NCBI GenBank assembly: GCA_002448475.1
Contig: DJYI01000018.1
Span: forward strand, 7,519 to 58,897
Length of the DNA: 51,379 nt
Reading direction: 5' to 3'
Source: Verrucomicrobia bacterium UBA6982
GTDB lineage: Bacteria > Verrucomicrobiota > Kiritimatiellia > RFP12 > UBA3636
Within the stretch, counting starts at the first letter, position 1. Every line of letters begins with the position of its first letter. Made by a program: the position numbers and the translations under genes. Positions 44,701 to 51,379 of the stretch are shown one piece after another. The notes under the pieces were generated by a model that searched no databases, had not been told where the DNA came from, and saw only the letters and a program-made list of their open reading frames with translations.

Positions 44701-46119
44701 CTACGAAGTGAAGAAGTCGCGCAGACCGAGCAGAAACACGGCCAGAATCACGCACGGCAGACCCCAGGCGCAATACAGGCGCATCCACGGGCGCACCTTT
44801 GGACCGCGCCCGACGTTGGCCTCCGCCGCAAAGGCGTCCCAGCCCCAGCCGAAGCGGTGGCAGCAGAAGATGGCGAAAAGCAGCGCGCCGCCGGGCAGGG
44901 CGACGTTCGACACCAGAAAGTCCTCCAGATCGAGGAAGGTGGAGTCCGCGCCAAGCGGATGGACATCGGAGAGCATGTTGAAGCCAAGGGCGCACGGAAG
45001 CGACAGAAGAAGCAATAGTCCGCAGCAGGCCGCGCATGACTGCTGCCGCGACCAACCGGTGCGGTCCATCGTCATGGCGAGAATGTTCTCGCATACCGCC
45101 AGAACGGTCGAAAACGCGGCGAACGTCATGAAGATGAAGAACATCGTCCCCCAGAGCCGCCCGCCCGGCATCGCGTTGAACACGTTTGGCAGAGTCACGA
45201 AAATAAGCCCCGGACCGGCACCGGTCTCCCCTCCGTTGTAGGCGAAGCAGGCCGGAAAAATAATGAGGCCGGCGACTATGGCGACAAACGTGTCGAGAAG
45301 AGTCACGTGAAGGGACTCGCCCAGAAGCGAGCGCTCCTTGCCGATGTAGGAACCGAATATCGCCATTGAGCCGATTCCGAGCGAGAGGGTGAAGAAGGCC
45401 TGGTTCATCGCGTTCAGACACACGCGGCCCGGGCCGCCGTCGGCGTGCAGGAAACGATGGAAGTCCGGGCGCAGGTAGAACTTGATGCCGTCGCTCCCGC
45501 CGGAGAGGAAGCAGCTGTTGACGGCGAGGACAAGCATCATCGCCAGTAGCAGAAGCATCATGACCTTCGTGAAGCGCTCCAGGCCGGCGCGCAACCCCAT
45601 GGAGAGGATGAAGAACCCGGAAACGACAACGAGCGCCATCGCAATGCATAGCAGAACCGGATCGCCCAGCATCGCTCCGAACGCCGCGCCAACGCCGGCG
45701 GAATCGAGTCCGGAAAGCTGACCGGTCACGAATTTTGCGAAGTAGAGCACCATCCATCCGCAGACTGTCGTGTAGAACATCATGAGCAGATAGTTTGCGG
45801 CGAAGCAGACTGCGCCGTGCCACGACCAGAGGCGCTTTCCGGGGGCGAGCGTTCCCAGCATTCGCAGCGGACTCCTGCGCGAGGCGCGCCCCATCGCAAA
45901 CTCCATTGTCATCACGGGAATGCCAAGGAGCAGCAGGAAAACGAGATAGAGCATTACGAAAACCGCGCCGCCGTTTTGGCCGACGAGCCACGGAAAACGC
46001 CAGACGTTGCCGAGACCGATGGCGCAGCCGGCGGAGAGAAGAATGAATCCGAGACGGCTGCCGAGCGTTTCGCGTCCGGCGCCGGGGACGGGGCCTGAAA
46101 TGTCTTTTGGGGAACTCAT
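44701..46119 (-). CDS. Sodium-dependent transporter (SNF/NSS family)
   Basis: SRLGFIL.SAG.AIGLGNVWRFP, QAFFTLSLG, GPGLIFVTLP. Confidence 0.95.
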   Translation of the reverse strand: MSSPKDISGPVPGAGRETLGSRLGFILLSAGCAIGLGNVWRFPWLVGQNGGAVFVMLYLVFLLLLGIPVMTMEFAMGRASRRSPLRMLGTLAPGKRLWSWHGAVCFAANYLLMMFYTTVCGWMVLYFAKFVTGQLSGLDSAGVGAAFGAMLGDPVLLCIAMALVVVSGFFILSMGLRAGLERFTKVMMLLLLAMMLVLAVNSCFLSGGSDGIKFYLRPDFHRFLHADGGPGRVCLNAMNQAFFTLSLGIGSMAIFGSYIGKERSLLGESLHVTLLDTFVAIVAGLIIFPACFAYNGGETGAGPGLIFVTLPNVFNAMPGGRLWGTMFFIFMTFAAFSTVLAVCENILAMTMDRTGWSRQQSCAACCGLLLLLSLPCALGFNMLSDVHPLGADSTFLDLEDFLVSNVALPGGALLFAIFCCHRFGWGWDAFAAEANVGRGPKVRPWMRLYCAWGLPCVILAVFLLGLRDFFTS

Positions 46120-46126
46120 GCCCCAC

Positions 46127-46214
46127 ATTCTACCCCTCCCCCCCGCCCAGCGCAACAATTCACTTTGTCCGGGCGCAAGGTGAATTTGCGTTTCCGCAGG
46201 GCGTTTGGTAGCAT
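46127..46214. promoter_or_regulatory. Back-to-back sigma70 promoters (SNF transporter and XylR-type regulator)
   Basis: Minus: TTGCGC (46155-46150), 17 bp, TAGAAT (46132-46127). Plus: TTGCGT (46186-46191), 17 bp, TAGCAT (46209-46214). Confidence 0.6.
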
Positions 46215-46222
46215 TTCGGCAC

Positions 46223-47386
46223 ATGGAAGAAGTTCACCCGGCAATGGCGAAGATCCTTCACATCGGCTTCTGGCCGCGCGAACTGCGGTGGCGGCGGTTC
46301 GAGGGAATCCGCCGCTATGCGATCGCCCGCGGCTTGGAGGTCGTGCCAGTGCGCTCGGACGAAGTTCCGGACATCTCATCGCTCCGCGCGGCGCTCGCGC
46401 TGCATCGCCCAATCGGCGCGGTGGCGGAATGGGGAGGGTTCGCGCCGACGTTTCCGCCGCACGCGTTCGGGCACGTCCCGGTGGTGTTCTTCGATCCGCC
46501 GGATCGGGCGGCGTGGCGCGGGGTGCTCACCGTCGAGTGCGACGAAGAGGCCGTCGCCCGCACCGCCTTCCAGGAGCTTTCCACCGGTCTTCCGCCGTCG
46601 TTTGCGATGGTGTCCTACGTGTCGCCCAAGCTGCCGCGCTGGGCGCGCAAGCGCGAAGCGGCGTTTCGCTCCCTTTGCGCCGCCGCCGGGAAGGCGTGCC
46701 GCGTTTTTCCGACGCGCCGCGACGACACGCCGCAATCGCGCGCGAAGCGTCTGGCCGCCTGGGTGGCGGACCTCCCGCGGCATTGCGCCGTTTTCGCCAT
46801 AGACGACTATCGCGCCGTCGAGACGATGGACGCCTTCGCGGCGGTGCGTCGCGCCCTGCCATACACCGCGACGCTCGTCGGCGCCAACGGCGCGGGCGCT
46901 CCCGGAGGGATCGAGAAATACTCGATTTCGACGGTGGAGATCGACTTCGAACTTTCCGGGTATCTGGCGGCGAAGGCGCTGCTTGGCGGCGGCGAAGGCA
47001 CAGCCGTCCCACGTTACGGTCCGATGCTTGTCCGGCGCGGCAAGACAACGCACGGCCGCGGTCGCCACGAACCATGGATTTTGGAGGCCGTGGAGACGAT
47101 CCGGCGCGAGGCGTGCGACGGACTCACGGCGGCCGCGCTCGCGGCCCGGCAGACCGGGTCGCGCCGCAATTTCGACCGCCGTTTCCGCGAAGCCGTCGGC
47201 CACAGCGTCCTTGAAGAGATTCGCCAGGTCCGGCTGGAGCGCGTCCTCACGCTGCTTTCGAACACCAACACGCCGTTCGGCGTGATTTCCGACATGTGCG
47301 GCTTCGGTTCCGAAGTGGAGCTGCGGCAGGTGTTCAAGGCGCGATTCGGCGTCTCCATGACCCAATGGCGCTCCCAGCATCGGTGA
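46223..47386 (+). CDS. XylR-type regulator (PBP domain plus AraC HTH)
   Basis: Paralogous to 17218-18387: IRREAC.GL, RRFREAVG.S.LEEI..VRLE, ISD.CGF. Confidence 0.88.
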   Translation: MEEVHPAMAKILHIGFWPRELRWRRFEGIRRYAIARGLEVVPVRSDEVPDISSLRAALALHRPIGAVAEWGGFAPTFPPHAFGHVPVVFFDPPDRAAWRGVLTVECDEEAVARTAFQELSTGLPPSFAMVSYVSPKLPRWARKREAAFRSLCAAAGKACRVFPTRRDDTPQSRAKRLAAWVADLPRHCAVFAIDDYRAVETMDAFAAVRRALPYTATLVGANGAGAPGGIEKYSISTVEIDFELSGYLAAKALLGGGEGTAVPRYGPMLVRRGKTTHGRGRHEPWILEAVETIRREACDGLTAAALAARQTGSRRNFDRRFREAVGHSVLEEIRQVRLERVLTLLSNTNTPFGVISDMCGFGSEVELRQVFKARFGVSMTQWRSQHR

Positions 47387-47518
47387 ACGCCCCCGGCGCC
47401 CCCGAAAAACTTGTCTCAAAACCATCGGTTGCGACGCCGCGGCATGCTACAATCCTCTCCGCAAGCGGGCATTGCGCCCAAAGGGCGCACCCGCTGTCGC
47501 GAAAAAGGAAACCGCAAA

Positions 47519-50281
47519 ATGAGACATTACGAAACTGCAATGCCGCATATCCGCTTCTTTTCCGGTCTGGCCGCGATTGCGTCCGCCGCGTTCGTCGCGG
47601 GTTTTCCGCTCCCCGCCGGCGCCGTTACGCGCTATTACTGGCGGGGCGCGAGCGGCGGCAATGTCCGCACATCGTCGAATTGGCTTGACGAAGACGGGAA
47701 CGCGCTGACCACGTTCAACGCGGAAGGACCGGAATCCGACGGAATCCTCGTCTTCACGAACTTCACCGGAGCCGTGACGACGACCGCCTCCACCACGCGC
47801 GGCTACATGTTCTACGGCTACGTCTTCAACGAAAACTGCGGCAACGTGATTCTCAGCGGCACGTCCGAGAAGCCCATCGACCAGGCGGGCGACCGGGCCG
47901 CCACGTGGCTCGGCGGCCCCGTGCGCAGCGAGGCTTCTTCCGGCACCGTCAAGTTCGGACAGGCGGTCAACCTTTTCGCCGGCACGAACGTCGTCGACGT
48001 CGTGAACGCCGGCGCGACGATCGCCGTTCAAAACGGGCTCAACGGCGGAGACGACGCCGTGCTCGTCAAGGAGGGCCGGGGGACGTTCCGCGTTCCCGTC
48101 TCCTACGGCTCGGCCGTCAACAACGTCAAGGAAATCGTGATGCGCGGCGGCGTCCTGCTCCTCACGGCGGCCGACGCGAAAATGAACCTCACGGACTGCA
48201 CGGTCACGTTCGACGGCGACGACGCCGTCATCCGCCGCAGCAACAGCGGCGGCGGCCAGACCTACACGAAACTCGAAATTTCCGGCGGCTGCATCCGCGA
48301 GACGGATAATGTCCATGGCACCGGGCACGGCTTCTCCGACCGCGGCTTCGGCTACACGCTGTCGCTCATCGGCGCCATCAGGAGTTCGCGTTTCACCGGA
48401 TCGATCCTCGACTCGATGTCGTTCCTCTGGGGGCCTTCTGACGCATCGCAGACCTTCACCTTCGCGAAGGCGTCGCATCCGACCACCGGCAATTTCACCG
48501 TCCAAAGCGGCACGGTGCGCCTCGCGGACGGAGTGTCCTTCCCGTCGATCGGCACCGTCACGGTGAAATCCGGCGCGGCGCTCCGCGCGGAAAGCGACGT
48601 CGGCGAGGCGATGTCCGGCGCGGCGCTCGTCGTTGAAAGCGGCGCGACGCTCTACATCGCGGAGGGCGCATCGCTGCGCTTCAAGACCGCCACCGTCGGC
48701 GACGCGGCGCTTGACGCCGGCATCTACGACGCCTCCTCCGGATGGATCACGGGCGGCGGCAAGGTCGCCGTCTCTGGATCCGCCTGGCCGTCCGAAGCCG
48801 GGGACGTCTGGAACCGCGACGACTTCCCTGCGACGCTCGCCGCCGGCGAGACGGCGTGGTACAGGGGCGCGGAGCTCAGCGGCGCGGCGATGGCGCTCGC
48901 GGCCGGCGACGGCGCGAAGGCCGTAATCGGCGCAAGCGGCGTCACGACCGCCGGCGACCATGCGGAATACACGTGGTCGTGGCCGACATGGCTCTACGGG
49001 GCACAGCAGTGGACCATAGCCTCCGGCGACACGCTGGACATCGCGGCGCCGCTTTCCACGCTCTCGCCGGGCCAGCTGGACATCTACGGCGGCGGCGCCA
49101 TCGCGTTCCACACGGACATCCCCCTCACGAGCCGCATCGTCCTCGGCGGACCCGCCGTGACGCTCGGCGACGCCGCATTTTCCGGCCCCGTATCGATCTA
49201 CGGGTCGAAGACGTTTTCCGGGACGCCCGGCGTCACCTCCACCTTCATCGGAAAAGTCTCCGCTCTCAACACAACCGTCGGCACGGCGCTGAAATTCCAG
49301 AACGGCACGTTCCGGTTCAGAGGCGGCGTCGATTCCAGCGCCGTGACGTTTGACAACGCCAACGTCGTCGTCGAGGACGTGCCGTGGACGATGGGGACGC
49401 ACCAGGGCGCGACGCAGGTAAACGCCGGACCGCGCTTCCAGTCGTTCGGCGACCTAACCCTCTCCGCGCCGTCAAACGTGATTTCAATCCTCAACCACGC
49501 CTTCCCGCGCACCTCCGGGAACCTCGTGATCCGCACGACCGTCCCCTACGCCCTCTACCGCGGCACGGCGGACTCCTCCGGCGCGACGCGCGGCCTTCAG
49601 CGCGTTTCGCTCGGCTACTGCGGCAACAACGTCCATGCACCGAATTGCGTCTGGGACCTCTGCGGCGGCGATCAGGAACTCTCGGGCTTCCCGTGCTCCG
49701 TGAGCGGCGCGACCGTGACGAGCGAGTCGCCCGCGCAGCTCCACTACCTGCTCGACGCCTACACGCAGAATGCCGCGCAGGGCTATGTCTGGTATGCCGT
49801 CACGAACTACGCCTGCTTCGCCGGAGCGGCTGGCCTCTCCTACGAGGGAACGCGCACGGACGCCGCGCTCGTGAACGTCTCGACGACGACGGGCCGGCTC
49901 GATGTCGTGAGCGGCCGCCTTTCGCTCCTCGCGCCCGGCGGAATCAACCCGCTTCGCAACGAGGCCTGGCCTGGCGGAAGCTGGCCCAACGCCACCGTCG
50001 CGGCAGTCTCCGGCACGGGAACGCTCGCGCTCTTCCACTCCAGGGCGCTCAACATCCACGGCGAAGTCCGGATCGACGGCGACGACGCCACGCTCGAAAT
50101 CGCCTCCGGGGTCGCGCAGCGTTGCGACAACCTCTACATCGACGGCGTGAAGATGCCGACGGGCCGCACCTACGGCGCGCCCGGAAGCGGCGCCGCGACC
50201 ATCGACGCCGTGCACTTCGCAGGCGGCGGCGTCCTAAACGTGACCGGCGAGCATCCGGCCTTCGTGGTGGTCGTGCGATAG
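47519..50281 (+). CDS. Large secreted beta-strand-repeat (autotransporter-passenger-like) protein with HPAFVVVVR tail
   Basis: Signal peptide, YYWRGASGG...SNW start, LVKEGRGT, TTGNFTVQSGTV and TTGRLDVVSGRL repeats, TYGAPGSGA; no beta-barrel at the C-terminus. Extended -10 TGcTACAAT at 47445-47453. Confidence 0.7.
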   Translation: MRHYETAMPHIRFFSGLAAIASAAFVAGFPLPAGAVTRYYWRGASGGNVRTSSNWLDEDGNALTTFNAEGPESDGILVFTNFTGAVTTTASTTRGYMFYGYVFNENCGNVILSGTSEKPIDQAGDRAATWLGGPVRSEASSGTVKFGQAVNLFAGTNVVDVVNAGATIAVQNGLNGGDDAVLVKEGRGTFRVPVSYGSAVNNVKEIVMRGGVLLLTAADAKMNLTDCTVTFDGDDAVIRRSNSGGGQTYTKLEISGGCIRETDNVHGTGHGFSDRGFGYTLSLIGAIRSSRFTGSILDSMSFLWGPSDASQTFTFAKASHPTTGNFTVQSGTVRLADGVSFPSIGTVTVKSGAALRAESDVGEAMSGAALVVESGATLYIAEGASLRFKTATVGDAALDAGIYDASSGWITGGGKVAVSGSAWPSEAGDVWNRDDFPATLAAGETAWYRGAELSGAAMALAAGDGAKAVIGASGVTTAGDHAEYTWSWPTWLYGAQQWTIASGDTLDIAAPLSTLSPGQLDIYGGGAIAFHTDIPLTSRIVLGGPAVTLGDAAFSGPVSIYGSKTFSGTPGVTSTFIGKVSALNTTVGTALKFQNGTFRFRGGVDSSAVTFDNANVVVEDVPWTMGTHQGATQVNAGPRFQSFGDLTLSAPSNVISILNHAFPRTSGNLVIRTTVPYALYRGTADSSGATRGLQRVSLGYCGNNVHAPNCVWDLCGGDQELSGFPCSVSGATVTSESPAQLHYLLDAYTQNAAQGYVWYAVTNYACFAGAAGLSYEGTRTDAALVNVSTTTGRLDVVSGRLSLLAPGGINPLRNEAWPGGSWPNATVAAVSGTGTLALFHSRALNIHGEVRIDGDDATLEIASGVAQRCDNLYIDGVKMPTGRTYGAPGSGAATIDAVHFAGGGVLNVTGEHPAFVVVVR

Positions 50282-50309
50282 CCGGCGCTTCGGAACGATG
50301 TCCTTCAGG

Positions 50310-51379
50310 ATGAAACGAGATTCCGTTTTCCCGGCAGGCCTTGCGGCACTCGCCGCGGTCTGCGCGTCCGCCACGCCGCCGGACGAAGGCGAGTCGATGT
50401 ATCTGCCGACTCCTCCGCTCGAACCGCTTTCCGGCATCGAGTGGACGCTTCCGTCGCAATACGCGACGCTCGACGGCGACCGGCTCGTCGTCGAAGTCCC
50501 GGAATCCGCCTACGGCGCCGACGCCGTGGCTTCGGCCGAGCTTCCGACTGCGGTTTTCGAGGGCGCGTCGGGGTTCACCATGTCGGTTGTGGCCCTGGGA
50601 AAGGGAATCCGGTCTCCGCAGAAGTCCTACCTCGGTCTCAAGTTCCAACTTCGCTGCGAGGACACTTCCACCGGCGAAACGGGATGGCCCAACTGCAAGG
50701 GCAGGACAGGCGACTTCGGCCCCGAAACCATCGTGAACGAAGCCTTCTGCGAAGGGATGAGTCCGGACAAGGTCACACTTCAGCTCGGCCTCCAGGGAAC
50801 GTCCGGGCGCGTCGAATTCGACCTTTCCACGCTCCGCTTCGCGAAATCGAAAGGCCTTTTCCGGCGCGTGAACCAAGATTGGGTGGTGCGGTACCCGCAC
50901 CACCCAGCCGCGATGAATCGCGGCCTCGGCGAACGGGATGAGGAGCAGAAGACTTCCGGTGAGCCGAAGCCGCCATTCATGGCGGCCGCGCAGCGGCGTC
51001 AGCCGCTCCGCGGCTGCATGCTCCCCGGCCGGCCGACGACCGAGGACGACATCGAGACGCTTGCCTCGTGGGGCGCGACGATGGCGCGCTTCCAGATCAC
51101 GCGCAACTGGAGCGCCGTCGGCGACAACCAGGACCTCGGGGAATTCGTCGCGTGGGTCGATTCGCGGCTCGACAACCTCGAAGACGTGCTGCGCTGGTCC
51201 GCCGAGCGCGGCATGAAGATTTGCGTCGATCTGCACGTCACTCCCGGCGGGCGCGGCTCCGACCGCGAACACGCCATGTTCCGCGACGAGCGCTTCGCCG
51301 ACGCCTTCGTCGAGACGTGGCGGCGCATCGCGGCGCGCTGCATGGCACTGGCCGCTGTGGCGACGGCGCCCCCGCCGTC
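50310..51379 (+). CDS. GH5 (cellulase family) glycoside hydrolase, 3' end runs off the window
   Basis: Manual translation: signal peptide, then LRGCML...DIETLASWGATMARFQI...GMKICVDLHVTPGG...FVETWRRIAAR. Alternative start at 50298. Confidence 0.75.
   Translation, partial: MKRDSVFPAGLAALAAVCASATPPDEGESMYLPTPPLEPLSGIEWTLPSQYATLDGDRLVVEVPESAYGADAVASAELPTAVFEGASGFTMSVVALGKGIRSPQKSYLGLKFQLRCEDTSTGETGWPNCKGRTGDFGPETIVNEAFCEGMSPDKVTLQLGLQGTSGRVEFDLSTLRFAKSKGLFRRVNQDWVVRYPHHPAAMNRGLGERDEEQKTSGEPKPPFMAAAQRRQPLRGCMLPGRPTTEDDIETLASWGATMARFQITRNWSAVGDNQDLGEFVAWVDSRLDNLEDVLRWSAERGMKICVDLHVTPGGRGSDREHAMFRDERFADAFVETWRRIAARCMALAAVATAPPP
50880..50986. repeat. Family-C inverted doublet plus flanking hairpin, in-frame in GH5
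   Basis: TGGGTGGTGCGG-TAC-CCGCACCACCCA (50880-50906); GCCGCGAT-GA-ATCGCGGC (50907-50924); GCCGCCAT-TC-ATGGCGGC (50969-50986). Confidence 0.88.

Noticed and set aside
43829-46126. 765-aa ORF as a fusion protein
   Set aside because: Only the last 272 aa (HAD-IIA) are protein-like. The rest is an alternative frame of the SNF transporter.
47519-50281. Classical type Va autotransporter
   Set aside because: No C-terminal beta-barrel or terminal aromatic residue.
1-51379. rRNA, tRNA, IS transposase, integrase, prophage or defence genes
   Set aside because: None recognised by eye. Small RNAs cannot be excluded without covariance-model searches.

Overview
High-GC DNA from a Gram-negative bacterium (bamA, LPS heptose kinase, O-antigen ligase). 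Gene content and style suggest PVC-superphylum Kiritimatiellae, which is my inference. Three blocks: (1) 1-18387 is a carbohydrate/uronate-utilisation region with two GH39-like enzymes, GH115, two secreted TIM-barrel GH-like proteins, a CE15 remnant, a UxuB-like SDR, a divergent UxaC, GntR-LacI and XylR-type regulators, and a secreted triple-repeat protein. (2) 18411-46119 is housekeeping: aroB, parC, parE, hslO, hisH, waaL-like, bamA, rfaE1, a PP2C phosphatase plus SBP, glyQS, ribH, a metX-metW fusion, thiL, a glycyl-radical activase, an aroQ-chorismate mutase-prephenate dehydratase fusion, a NagD-like HAD and an SNF transporter. (3) 46223-end holds a XylR-type regulator, a large secreted beta-strand-repeat protein and a partial GH5. 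The most striking signal is several families of REP-like palindromic elements inserted in-frame inside at least six protein-coding genes, with weaker cases in two more. They show covarying stems, inverted doublets, GTRG feet and tandem amplification. Also notable are a shared C-terminal P-(x)-F-hydrophobic-R tail on the two large secreted proteins, 7-10 bp tandem repeats in front of start codons, and several probable leaderless promoters. No rRNA, tRNA, CRISPR array or transposase was recognised.
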